From the human T2T-CHM13v2.0 reference genome, Homo sapiens, in the NCBI RefSeq assembly GCF_009914755.1, contig NC_060945.1: DNA of 64,000 nucleotides; one strand, written 5' to 3'. The translations under genes were made by a program, and so were the position numbers. Shown here piece after piece: positions 44,630-59,443 of the stretch. Positions within the stretch are counted from its first letter, which is position 1, and each line of letters starts with the position of its first letter. A model generated the notes under the pieces. That model worked only from the letters and a program-made list of their open reading frames with translations, was not told the origin of the DNA and did no database searches.

Positions 44630-44890
44630 TAATAATTATACAAATAATAACACTAACAAGGGCAGAAATTGCTATAGTATTCAGTATATACTAAGTACCA
44701 CATTAAGAGAATTAAATATATTATGGTAAATCCTACAAATGCAAGGCAGGCATTAGTAAACCTATTTTGTGGTTTAGTAAACAGGTTGAAAAAGTTTATG
44801 TAAATTGTTTAACATTCTTAAACAGCAAATAAACTGAATAACTGAGATTTAAATAATCCAGTTTCTTCTTACTCTAGAGTCTAGCTCTTT
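44630..44890 (-). mobile_element. MIR SINE
   Basis: Diverged antisense MIR (...ctgagatttaaa...tactctagagtctagctcttt). Confidence 0.45.
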
Positions 44891-45899
44891 CCTTTATATA
44901 GATATTTATTGTTTGCTTCTTTTATATTTTTCTGTGTATGTAGCTTCAGCATAATTCATGGCACACAAAATTTACAAAATTATATTTTGACTTTATCTCA
45001 ATGGAATCCATGATGATCTGACACATTGGGCAATTTAGTATCAATCTACTTCACAAACAAATTATCTTTTGACCCAAAATTGAAATGCACAGATACTTCA
45101 TAGACAGAGGGATAATGCCAGAAAACGTGCCAACATTTGTGAACAAAATCGTACCAGTCTAGTCAATGAGTTAGGTTTCTTTAGGTTAAACTAATTATCA
45201 AAATTTTGTTCACTTTAAGATTTACTTAATGTTATATTATCTACTTGACAACATTAATGAATTATTTAAGATACACTTTGAAGAAAAATTAACTGAGTTT
45301 ATTCCATTGGTTTAGAGTGGCACATCACTGGTAAATTATTTATAATACATTTTCAGGAATAAACTTGAGTTTATTCAACTGGTTTAGAATAAACAAATTT
45401 GTTAATCTTTGAGAAAGCTATTTACTTGGTCCAAATAAAAATATCTATTTTCATTGAGAGCACTGCTGTGATGTTTCTCAATATTTTCATTTCCTCTCCA
45501 ATTTCCACAGTAGATCTAACCTTGAGAAATTCGCTTGGGATAAGTATTAGGCATCAGTCTCATGGTTGCTAATAATTAGCTTAGAGGTCTCCTAGTTGAT
45601 TAAGTGTAAAGCCACCACTTTTACAATGTAATTTTCTAATATAGTTCAAATTATACTTTGTGATATAAATTTCCTAACTATATACCAGACACAAGTTAAT
45701 TATTTTCATGAGGCTGTTTGAAAAGTCCGTATTCTACAGTATTTCCTTAGATTTTATGAGTTTTAGTGACATGAGGTGACAGTGGTAACTACAGGTACTA
45801 TTTTCTGCTTTGCAGTAGTTTGCTTTATCTTTTTCCTTTCCATGTCCAAAAGTAAGTTTTTATTTCAGATTATCACAATTCATATCACACTCATAACTA

Positions 45900-46335
45900 C
45901 AGTTGACCACTGAACAATGTGGTATTCATTGCTGGCCCCCCTTCCAGTTAAAATTTATGTGTAACTTTTGACTCCCCAAAAACTTAACTAATGAAAGTCT
46001 ACTGTTGACTGGAAACCTTAGTGATAACATAAACTATTGATTAACACATATTTTATCTGTTACATGTATTATATACTGTATTCTTGCAATAAAGTACACT
46101 AGAGAAAAGAAAATGTTAAGAAAATCATAAGGAAGAGGAAATACATTAACTATTCATTAAGTGGAAGTGAGTCATCCTACAGGTCTTCATCCCCACCCTC
46201 TTCATGCTGAGTAGGCTGAGGAGGAAGAAGAGGAGAAGGGGTTGGTCTTGCTCTCTCAGGGGTGGCAGAGGTGGAAGAAAATCTGTATATAAATGGCCTG
46301 TGCAGTTCAAATCTGTGTTGTTTAAGCATCAACCA
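45900..46335 (-). mobile_element. Tigger2a (TcMar-Tigger MITE)
   Basis: TA|cagttgacc...gcagttcaaatctgtgttgtttaagcatcaacca|TA; 436 bp; internal ggggttggtcttgctctctcaggggtggcagagg. Confidence 0.88.
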
Positions 46336-47429
46336 TAGAGTTTAGTCATGTATGTTAGAAAGTGTTGTGGTTATCAATTGTTTTTGTTACTGTTGAGTTT
46401 CAGCTTTGATACACATACCCTATTTGTTTACTATGGGATTGCATCAGAGGATGGAGCCAATAAAGTAATGTCTTCTGGAAGTTTATCTTGTTTCTTGCCA
46501 GTTTTCCAAAACCCTGTCTTCTGTTGATAAGAATTAAATATTGTTAAAAAGAAAGCTAACCACCCCCAAGCACATAAACTTATCCTTGATATTGCTTTCA
46601 AACCTTTGAAACCTCAAGAAACTTGAGGCCTCAAGTTGAAAACCGCCATTTGTGGAGTTTTGAGGTGGTGCAGGACTTACCCATTTGCTTTGGAAAAAAT
46701 CTCGGTCAGGTTTCTCCTTTGGTCTCTATTTGTTCCACTTGCCCTTTGACCCACTTGACCCATTTCTGTCTTTAGTCCAAACACTTGGGAGTCAGCCTCT
46801 GTTCGTCGATTCCTGTCTTAATTACTTTGTTTTTCAGAATACCACCTTGAAATCATTTCTGTCATTCTACTCACCATTTTGAATTGATTCTATGTGGTTT
46901 CTGGTTTCAGATTTGCTAGCACCAACCTAAGCCAGTTACGGCTCTTGCTTTAGTATTTCTCATCAGCCTACTCTCAATTGGTAGAAACTTTTGCAAGTCC
47001 TCTTATTTCTACCACTCTAGAGTTGTGGCAGTTTTACCCTTTAGTCAAAGAACAGCTTTTGGGGATAAGTAAATCAAGAGGCCTTCACTTTATCTTGATT
47101 CTCCTGTTCTTGTTGGTATGTAGGGACCAATTATGTCTGATAATGACCTTTCTTTTTCCTCCACTCTCCTTTTCCTTGTACTTCACAGAGGACTCATGAG
47201 ATTTCTAAATGTAAACTCTTTACACAAGCAACATCAGGAATGTTTAGATATATATTTATGAATAAATTAAAATGTCTAAAATATTTCCATTTTTTGTCAA
47301 CGTACCTGTCTTAACACTGTAATTTTTAATTTTTGTTGACAACATATGACCTTCTTATTTATGTATTTTAATTGTGACATTGTTTAATAATTTTTATTAA
47401 CTGAAACAAATTTGAAGCATTTGGAGTGA

Positions 47430-47939
<510 letters not shown>

Positions 47940-48279
47940 AATTATTGGTAACATCTTAAGACAAAGCTGTACTTTGAGAAACTGCATGTTTCCTGTTACA
48001 GAAATTTTTTAAAATCCACAGCTCAAAGTAGAAGTAACCTTGTATCTTCTTACGGTACATTATTACGTAGTTATTAATTTGCCTACACAATATTATCTCA
48101 GAAGGACTCCTGCCAATGTGGATGAGGCATTGTGTGTTGCTCAAGATCCCAGTGTTCACCCAGTTGGTGCAAATAAATACTGGAGCAAATTCTAAACGTG
48201 TGATCAAACAGGGTGTTTTAAAACTAGTTACACATATTTATCAGGCTACTGCAGGGGAGGCCAAATATTGTTTAGGAGT

Positions 48280-48500
48280 TTCGCATATGGAATCAGCTAG
48301 AATTACCTTCATCTTTTCTGCTCTTTACTAGGCTTATAAATTGGGGCAATTAATCAAAACTTTTTGAACTTCAATTTCTCCATGTGTAAACATATTAATA
48401 ACACTTATTTGTCAGAGGATTGTTAGGAGTATTAAATTAATTTGAATACAAAATGCTAAGCCTAGAACATAGTAAATGCTAAATAAATTATAATCAATAG
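48280..48500 (+). mobile_element. MIR SINE
   Basis: ttggggcaattaat...caatttctccatgtgtaaa...aggattgttaggagtattaaa. Confidence 0.55.
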
Positions 48501-48744
48501 CAACAGATTTTTATTAGTAGTGTCATTACTAGTCAATGTTACTAATATTATTTAGGCATTTAAATAGTACTTAGAGTACTTGTTATTATTTCTTTTATTC
48601 CTATTCCTATTTATTCTCAGGTAGGGTGAAGTGTTATGAATAGGAATGTGAAGGGAAGGGTGATATGTAATTTAACCTGGCACAAATGAATTGTGAACTG
48701 TTATGTATATGTTCATACATTATCACATTGTGAAAGTGTTGCAC

Positions 48745-49690
<946 letters not shown>

Positions 49691-49899
49691 TGAATTGATA
49701 TCAGCATTACTTTGAAGACTACTCTTGAAATTTAATATGAGTAAAAAATTTGAGGTTCAGACAATTTAAGATGATCATCCATGGCTGTATCAAAAGAATA
49801 AAGTGAAGGCAGAAGTCAGGGTTTGAGCCTGGCTCTAGCTGGCTCTAAGGCCTGTGCTCTTTCTCCACTGGCATAAAAAGTCTTCAAGAAACATTAGCC

Positions 49900-50042
49900 G
49901 GTAACTATGTCTGGTGATGAATGTGTTAACTGACTTGATTGTGGTAATCATTTCAGAATGCATGAGTGTGTAAAATCATCACACTATACATCTTAAATAT
50001 GTACAATTTTGTCAGTTCTATCTCAATAAAGCTGGAAAAAAA
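49900..50042 (+). mobile_element. L1MA9/L1MB-type extreme 3' end
   Basis: gtaactatg...ttgattgtggtaatcatttca...tctcaataaagctggaaaaaa. Confidence 0.75.
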
Positions 50043-52500
50043 GGATCTGTTGGTCCTTAATTTTCTGTTTAAAACACACTTTGCTTTTTATGATTTTATG
50101 TCCCATAGTTTAATAAAGCCTAATAAAAATACACTTATGGAAAGATGTAAAAATTCTATTTTAATAAATCCCATATCTCAGTGGGAAAAAAATTTATGCC
50201 CAATCAGTTTTATGTAAACTGACTCCAAAGTAAAAGTAAGTGCATTAGTCCTTCCTAGAACTACTTTATTCTTATTTTTTAAAAAAATACAAGGTGCAAA
50301 AAAAATCCCTGTTTATTCTGTCATTCTGTGGAACTTAGTCACAATGAAGTATTCTGGGTGCTGCTGCCTGCCACCCACTCTCTCCACATTTGTGCTACAA
50401 GAGTTAGTACAACCCAAAGTATATGGAGGTAGGCCAAGAGGGTAGCTTCCTGCCACTGTAATTCTGAGGTCATAAAGCCTATATCATACAAGGCTTATCA
50501 TGCAGAAAAGAAGGAAATTCTCCCTTATTGATTAAATACAAAAGCCACTTTGAAAAGAGGACAACCACTAAAAACCTCATTCCTTTTAAAATACACTTTA
50601 AAAATGTATTTAGAATAGGTGCATTTGGGGATCCCTTTCTCCAAGAACACACTTCACTCTCCCCCACATCTGTCATCAGGTTTTTTGGGGGGTGGCCCCT
50701 AAAATACTTGTTTATATTATATGCCTATGTTTATATGATGCTATTATCTTCTAATAGGAGATTGAACCAGGGCTTGGCTCAACCTATGCCAAACTGTCCT
50801 GCTTTCCGGAAATTTAAAATCAGGTTTAAGGGATTCTAGCTGCCATTTGGGATAAATTGTGCAAATTAAGAATTGTGGCAAACTGTCTTCTACCATGTCA
50901 TCTAAGTGCCTCTGCACCTTGTACATGAAGATGTACAAAGTAGAGGATTTGAAGAGATTCCAGTCCTCCTTGAGAAGCTGAATCTCAAAGCTGCCTTTGA
51001 TGTTTGTGAGATGTCCTTGATTTTTCTTAATAATTTTCTCTTTTTTTCCCTGGGATACCTTGAATTTCTGTTACTTATAAGCAAAAAACATTGATTCAAG
51101 TTGCCTAGATCCAGAAAAAGAAGGAAGTAAGGCTTTTCCCCATTTTGTTGTGGATTTGCAGATAGATTTGTGCCACAAAATGTCATAATTTTATACACAC
51201 TAATGTAACAAAGAGAAATCTTAACGAGATCGAGTGTTTTTCATGGTTCACTTAAGTAACTGGGGGAAGAGGCCACAGAGTAAGGTTGGAACTCTGTGTT
51301 CAATATTCGAATCTGAAGAAAAAGAAACGATCAGTTGAATGTTGTGGTGATCTGTATCATTTGAATGTGAACTTTCTTTTGCAACAGCGAAGTTCTAGCT
51401 TTTTGAAAGTCTGATTGTTTTTTAGCCTGAAAACACATTCCCCATGACTTTTTTCTTTTTTTAAAAAAACCTCATTAAAAGTGTAGTATTAAAGGTTTAC
51501 TTTTCAAATGCTTATTTTTACTTTGGACTCAAAATGAGATTTAATTACATGAATTGTGATTTGAAATTAGTTTACTCTTTCTAATAATAGACTTACAGTT
51601 TCACGTACTTTTCTAATTTTGTATTGCTAAAAATAGCATACAAAGCATCCTAAGAAAATCAGTAATTTGATGATTTGGGGAAGAAAAGCGATTTTGAGTA
51701 AAGTAGGTAACTGGAAATGATATTTCTGCAGAGGTGACTAATTTCAGTGTTTGAAAGTTTCTTTTATATAAATACATATCTGTAATTTTGAAAATGTTTG
51801 AAAAATATTGACCTTATGTTTTGAAACACAGAATGTATGTAAATTCTTTCAGTATAATACTAAGTGAAATTTAGACTGATGAGGAATTTGAGAAAAATCA
51901 AGTTAAAATGCTTATATTATTAATATCATATTTTTGAAGAATTAAATGATGATAGGAATAAGCACATTTGGTTTCAGTTTTAGAGAGTCTGAAATAGGCA
52001 TTGGTTTAAAAATATGTGTTTGATATAAAATTTCTACATAATCCCCAAGTATATAAAACAATAAAACAATGTGGTATTCTAAGTTGAAAGAAGTCTGACT
52101 CTTAAGTTCTAAGTCATCAGGGCTGGACAATGCCCAGTATTAAACACCATGGAGGGAGAAACTTCTGTAAAGTTTGCAAGTCCCCAGATTTGAAGGAATT
52201 TTTGGTTTTTAGTACATCAGGGGCAGAGGTGGGCCAACCTTCTTCTATGTCAACTGGAGACAGGGATTTTCACCAAGATTTCTAAAGCCCAGTAACTGGT
52301 ATACAGATTCCCTAGGCACAGCTTGAAAACCATTCCTATCTGGAGAGCTGCAAACAAATGGGACCTAGTTCTTCGTTATTTATGGAAACTTTCAAACCTT
52401 TTTTATCACCCCAAGTTGCAAATACTACTCACAGCCTCTTTTCTTGGTTGAGTCACTTTTCTATTGTTCAGGGAACTGCCAGCAACAACTTGTCTCTCTC

Positions 52501-53026
52501 TTTTTTTGTTTTATTTTTATTTTTATTTTCTTTTTATACTTTAGGTTCTGGGATACATGTGCAGAACGTGCAGGTTTGTTACATAGGTATACACGTGCCA
52601 TGGTGGTTTGCTGCACCCATCAACCTGTCATCTACATTAGGTATTTCTCCTAATGCTATCCCTCCCCTAGCCCCCTACCCCTGGCAGGCACTAGTGTGTG
52701 ATGTTCCCCTCCCTGTGTCTATGTGTTCTCATTGTTCAACTCCCACTTATGAGTGACAACATGCAGTGTTTGCTTTTCTGTTCCTGTGTTAGTTTGCTGA
52801 GAATGATGGTTTCCAGCTTCGTTCATGTCCCTGAAAAGGACATGAACTCATTCTTTTTTATGGCTGCATAGTATCCCATGGTGTATATGTGCCACATTTT
52901 CTTTATCCAGCCTATCATTGATGAGCATCTGGGTTGGGTCCAAGTCTTTTCTACCTGTGAACACTGCTGCAATAAACATACGGGTGCTTGTGTCTTTATA
53001 GTAGAATGACTTACAATCCTTTGGGA
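52501..53026 (-). mobile_element. 5'-truncated L1PA (L1PA7/8-like) 3' end
   Basis: ttctgggatacatgtgcagaacgtgcaggtttgttacataggtatacacgtgccatggtggtttgctgcacccatcaacc; ORF2 tail WIKKMWHIYTMGYYAAIKKNEFMSF. Confidence 0.92.
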
Positions 53027-53155
53027 TCCCTCTTTTGTCAGTAGATCTCCACCTTCCAAATAATCCTGGTGGTGGCTTGTGTGAGTCAGGCTCCTTCAGT
53101 TGCACAGTACAAGATCAAAACTCAAACTTGTTTAGGCACATAAAGGGAGTTTAGG

Positions 53156-53521
53156 TGTTTCATCTGTTTGGGATCCTGTAATAAAATATCACAGACTGGA
53201 TACCTTGTAAATAGCAATTTATTTCTCACAGTTTTGAAGGCTGGAAAGTCCAAGATCAAGGCACCAACAGATTTGGTGTCTGGTGAGGGCTTGCTTCCTG
53301 GTTTGTAGATGGCTGTCTTTTCACTAACCTTATATGGTAGAAAAAGACTAGCTAGCTGTCTAGGGTCTCTCATAAAATTACTAATCCCATTCATGAGTGT
53401 GTAACCCTAATGACTTAATCATCTCCCAAAGGTCCCACCTTCTAATACCATCGCCTTAGTGATTAGGTTTTAACATATGAATTTTGAGGGTGAGGAGGAC
53501 AAGCACATTCAGACCATAGCA
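53156..53521 (-). mobile_element. MLT1A0-like LTR inside an older MLT1J/K-like LTR (~53078-53930)
   Basis: tttatttctcacagttttgaaggctggaaagtccaagatcaagg...cattcagaccatagca. Confidence 0.8.
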
Positions 53522-54689
53522 ATTGCCTTAATAAAGTAGGAGCTCCCTAAGTACCCCTGGCTTTAGGCATGTTTGTAACTAAAGGTTGACACAACATCCA
53601 TTTCTTTCTGCTCTTTGACCTCATTTTCTCTATGTGGGCTTTCTTCTCCAGCAGAACGACCCTACCGACTGCAGAGGTGGCTCTAGCAGCACTTAGCTCA
53701 CTTTACTTTTAGTTTTTGCAAAAGTCTCAGAAAATGTTCTGATTGGTCTAGAATATAAGCTCATTCCTGAAGTGACCGCTGAGACCAGGGAGAAAAACGT
53801 TTGGATTGGCCAGGCCAGGAGACACGGCATAGGACAAATTCCATCAGAATGATCTGAATAAGGAAAGAAGTTGCTCCTTAGGGAAGAAAAGTTAAAAAAA
53901 AAAATTAAAAAAAAAAAGTCATGTTCACTGCTGCAGGGCTTTCTTTAGCAGGGTCCCAGAAATATAAATCATCTGCTTATGTCCCTTTGCTTAGACCAAA
54001 GGCTTTAAATTTAGAGCACAAGTGTTTTTGGCTGCTTGCATAGGATATGGAGGGGCAAAATACCACTGATTCTTTGTCTCTTTTAGTAGTAAAATCAAAA
54101 CACATATTTACATTTCACTTGGTTACCTTGTAGTTTTAAAGTGAAGTGCATACTTTAGGAGTCTCAATAATACCAAACATTGAAAGCATTCGATTTGTTA
54201 TCATTTTGCTTAGAGTCATATTAAATCCACACAATAATATTTCTAGGTTAGGTTAGAATCTTAATCTCCCCAAGACTTATGAAATCACCTTCTACCTGGT
54301 GGATATTTTTCTAGTGACTCATTTTTCAAATTGTGTTTGAATGGTTGCTGCTATTTTAGATAAGTCCTAATAATGTCCAGCTTTAATTGTGAATAAAATA
54401 AAATTTATCTTGCATTTATTATATTCCAAAAACATTCAATGCTCTAGGGCTATTGGTAGATGGTACCATGCTTTTGAAAAGTTTTCAATCTGTTGAAAAC
54501 AATAGATTTATGATCATATAACTAACAGTAAAAGTTACTGTACTATAATACAGCAAAAGTCAGCAAGTACTGTAAGCAAGGTAAAAATGCAAAGTTTGGG
54601 CAGAATAGAGTGGAGGATTATCTGAGGGTTCTCATTTTCAATTAAATAGTATTCAGAATTTTTAAATGACATTTCTAGGCTTCATTCAA

Positions 54690-55930
54690 ATCTTCATTTT
54701 GAGTTTGCCACTCCTTTGTATACACCCAGTGTTCTAGCCAGATAAGATAGCTGGCATTGAACTACCATCCTAAACTGTACTCCTCCTTGTTCATTCTTCT
54801 CTTCATTCTGTTCCTTCATCCTGGACTGTATGTCCCATGTCAAGCCCACTCTGATACCTTCCTTTAATATTCAGCTCAAGCACTTTCTCCTCCTTTAAGG
54901 TTTCCATTTTACATTTTGGATTTGATTTCTCTCTCTCATGACACCGTCACATTTTCTGCTATTTCCCATGGCATTTATCCTGTCATTTTTGCGTTATAAT
55001 TATTGTGATATTATAGTTTACTGTTTCCTTCTTCTTCCATCCACTTAGACCTCTTACATGGTTCCTTCTTTAATAATAGCTCTCAAGGCTGCCTCTTTTT
55101 ATTGAGAAAATAGAAGTTGATGGATGTTTTCTTATATTCCCAGAAGAAAATGGCCATCTATACTCCACCTTTCTTTCTATTACCTGAGATGAAATTATCT
55201 CTGTTCTATTGCAAATCTCATTCCTCTATGACTTAAGTGCTCTGAATATGAAATCATCTCTGCTGCCCTTTTATCATTGGTTCCTTCCTCTCTGTATTGT
55301 TTTATTTCCATTAGCATATAAACATTTTTGTTATTCTTATCTTGAATAAAAGATGCCTCCTTGACTTGAAGTCTCATTTAAGCTATCATCTTTTTTCTTT
55401 GTTTACCTTCAGGCAAAACTTCTTGAAAGGGTTCACCATAATCTTTTTCTGTACTTCCTCATTACCAAACTCAGATTAGTGAGTTTGGAATGACCCCAGC
55501 ACTACACGAAGATTATGCTTGTCTAGGTTGCCTATGGTTCTAAATCCAACATACTTTTCCCTTTCCTTTTCTTGATATTTTAGCAGCCTTTATTAAAATT
55601 GATCATTTTTTTTTTCCTTTTGGAAGCATACTTTTCTCTTGGATTTCATCACAATACCCTAAACTTTCTTATTGGCTACCCCATGTAAGTCTACTTTGTT
55701 TCTTGCCCTCATTTCATCCCAAAAGTTACTGTAATCCCTTGATCTTAATTCTTGAACATTTTTTACCCTGTTTTATTTAATTCATTTTTATACTCATCTA
55801 TATTCATCTCTGACTTACACTAGAACTCTAGGCTTGCAAATGCATATACCTATTTGATATTTCTACATGGATGTTCAATAGGCATTTCAAACTTAACAAG
55901 ACCAAAATAAAACATTTAATTTCCCCCAGA
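54690..55930 (+). mobile_element. L2 LINE fragments
   Basis: gcaaaacttcttgaaaggg...ctatttgatatttctacatggatgttcaataggcatttcaaacttaaca. Confidence 0.6.
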
Positions 55931-56235
55931 ATTACCACAAGTGACCAAATTATATTTGAGAGGAAAATAGATGGTTTATAATCTATATGATTCAAACAAA
56001 ATAGAAATCTTTATTGATGATTAACGAAAGATAAAAGAAGGAAGTAGTGCTACATGCCACATTGCTGTCTGGGATGTTTCCCACCATCAGAAGCAACTTC
56101 CTGAATAGTGTTTTCAAATTGGGATATGTTGACGTTTTGGTCTTGGATCCCCAAAGAACACAATCTGAATGATTTACAAGTCACTGGGAAAAGCCATTGT
56201 GTTATGGACACCCAACTTTCATATTTGTTATTGTG

Positions 56236-56684
56236 TGTCAACCTAAATAATAGACAGAGAGAGGCTCTCTAAGAAAATGACATTTGTTTAGGAATGGGGC
56301 ATTGCAAGGAATGGGGAATAGGCATGCCGTAGTAAACGATGTGCGTGTTCAGAGAGATAAAGAAAAGTAATGAGGATTACATAATTGTTTTGAGATAATT
56401 ATGCTTGGCTACCAAGACCAATAACGAGGGTGATGCCAGTTCAAGATTGGACAGACATTGCTGGGCAGATGTCCTTGCAGTACTATTTTTTTGTATAAGG
56501 TTGCAATAGCCCTTGTGCGCAATAATGGTTTTTGCAAAGTCATATTTTATAGTTTGTTGTCAGGCATACAAGTGTGAGGACTTTCTCTTTATGGCTTTTC
56601 CTGGCTCTATTTATCAGAATTCTCTCTCTCTTTTTTGTTTAATTTAACACAAGTGACTCCATTTTGAGTTGCACAATTTTCACA
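56236..56684 (-). mobile_element. ERV1 solo LTR (MER67/MER57-like)
   Basis: Minus-strand start tgtgaaaattg...tcaaaatggagtcacttgtgtt, end ...tttaggttgaca; flanks tgtg/catg. Confidence 0.65.
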
Positions 56685-57115
56685 CATGACTAACTTTCAT
56701 TTCTCAGTGTAGCGGAATCCCTTAAATCCAGAAATTTTACATTTATAAAGTTTTGTTCAAAATGATAGTCAATTTATATTTTAGCTTCTTAACCAGGGTC
56801 TCCAAGAAACTTAGAATTGTACAAGCAAGTGAGATTTAAAAAATCATTTTTTTGAATTGTGTATGCCATATGTTGTTTGTGCTCAAATTGCTGGACATGA
56901 CAATTTCACTGGTGGCCTTTCAGTCCTATATCACAGCATGAAGACCATTTTCATTTAACTTAGTCTAGTCTCAACCTTTGATATAAGATTGGGGAGGACA
57001 TTGATAATTGTTAAGAGCTGAATTGCATGGGAGGGAGTTTTATGAGATAATGTCAGCCTGTCACTCATTAATTACTTTGCACAACCTACCCTATGCACTT
57101 CAGATCAACTAATAG

Positions 57116-57430
<315 letters not shown>

Positions 57431-58971
57431 GAAGTGGACAAATTTTAAAGTGCAATAGAAAATAAGAAGGATATTTTCATTCCAATAATAATTTTTTTCT
57501 TCATGGCTGAGCTGCTCCCATACCACTGTTGTCAAAAACATTGCAAAATATGAATAAGTTAGAAATTATTTATGTCATGAAATTTTCATATAATTGGCAT
57601 TTTTCTCATTTATGTATTTATTATGCCCTTCTATCTTACATTTTGTTAACTTCTGTATTTTATGTGTCTGGTAGTCCAAGGCAATGATTTTTAAAAATAT
57701 GTGAGATGAGAGAGGAAGATTCTAGGCCTAGGTGTACACACAATCTTAGGAATAATTTTGCTGCACCAGTGCAACAAGGGAAACAACACAAATCCTTTTG
57801 AATGAAAGCTACTTATAGGTAGATTTTTTGTTGTCTAGAAATCCAGTTCCATTGAATTCCATTCCTATTCCATCATGCTCTGTTTGTGGGAAAAAAATTG
57901 ATGAACGTAGCAATGGCTTCTGCACAATTAAAAAAGACACTTCACGGCAAATCCTAATCATCTGAAAAGTAAAAGTGCTGATTATTTTAAGTCATTGGGT
58001 TCTCAAGAGAGAGTAAAGATTTTGCTGAAAATGTCTTACTCAGTAAAAAGGCTCAGGAAGCACATTATTTAGTAGCAGAAGCAGAATTTATTTCTTAGAA
58101 AACTTTATGTTGGTGAGAACCCACTAATGGTAGTGTGTACAATTATGGGGAGTGAAATTCTAGGGAAAGTTGAGACATTTCCTCTCTGCAGTGGTTTGAT
58201 ATGTCATCATATCACGTAAGGCTGAAGAGATTTTGTATAGCAATCTGATAAAAACAATAAGAAGTTTTCTATTTAGGTTGTTGTGTCAACAGATTTCACC
58301 AATAATTGTCATATTGTAGTATTTGTAAGATTTGTAATATGATGGTGAAATCCAAGAAAAATATTTTGCTGGGAAGAGTTACTTGATATTCGTGAAGTCC
58401 AAGATAGATTTAATTTTCTTTCGTGTCTGGAAATAAAAGGCCTGTTTTGGAGGTTCCTTGCTTACATCAGTACAAATGGTAGGTCATCAATACTGGCTCC
58501 ATGAGATATTTGTGTCAACCCAGTAATAACCCCCTGATTTCTTCAGAGAAGAGTTTGTATAAAAACTCTTAGAGATAAAAGTTTTTAAAAATTTTAGATG
58601 AATGTACAAAATTATCAACTTCATCAACCATCAAATGGTTGGCTTTATTAATTTGTATTAATTAATTTTATTATCATTCAAGGGTGATTTAAAAACTCTA
58701 GAAACCTGAACTCAGAGCACATAAATGTCCTCCTGGTGCTGTAGCAATTTGTTATCTTAGCAGAGGCAGAGGTCTGAAAAGTAAGTGTAGGAGTGCTTTC
58801 AAGAAAAGCATAGGCCAAATTTTGCTGAGTCAGTTGAAGATAAAAAAAATGGTTATAGAACATAACCTACTCAGCTAACACACTTTTCCTCATATGAAAC
58901 AGTTGCCAGGGCTCTGCAAGGTTCTGGGGAAAATGTTTTGACCTCAAGTAGCAAGAATCTTGCACTTAAAG

Positions 58972-59443
58972 CTGATAATAGCCATCCTCATAGATGTGAG
59001 GTAATATGTCATTGTGATTTTAACTTGTCTTTCTCTGATGATTAATGTTGCTGCGTATCTTTTTGTAGAACCTATTGGTCATTTGTATGTCATCTTTGGA
59101 AAAATGTTTACTACAGTGTTTAGCCCAGGTTTTCATCACGTTGTTAGATTTTTGTGATTGAGGTGTAGAAGTACTTAAGTCAAAGAAGTCAGAGTCACAG
59201 AAGTATGAATGCTGCAAGATTTCGCTTATATATGAGGTATCTAAAATAGTCACACTCACAAAATCAGGGAGTAGCATTGTGATTTCCAGGAGGTTGGGGG
59301 CAGGGAGAAATAGGGAGTTGTTTTTCAAAAGGTATGAAGTTTCATTTGTGCTACGTTAGTAAGTTCTAGAGATCTGCTGTGTAACACTCTCCCTATAGTT
59401 AACAGTATTGTATTGTATACTTAAAATTTTGTTGAGTGTTTAA
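58972..59443. mobile_element. L1MB/L1MA-type insertion with inverted 5' segment
   Basis: 58972-~59176 antisense ORF2 (ORF 59020-59328 HFSKDDIQMTNR); ~59177-59443 sense 3'UTR aagttctagagatctgctgtgtaacac. Confidence 0.7.

Noticed and set aside
46681-46816. Open minus-strand frame upstream of a strong donor (..TEADSQVFGLKTEMGQ..)
   Set aside because: No polypyrimidine acceptor and no recognisable protein similarity, so not called as CDS
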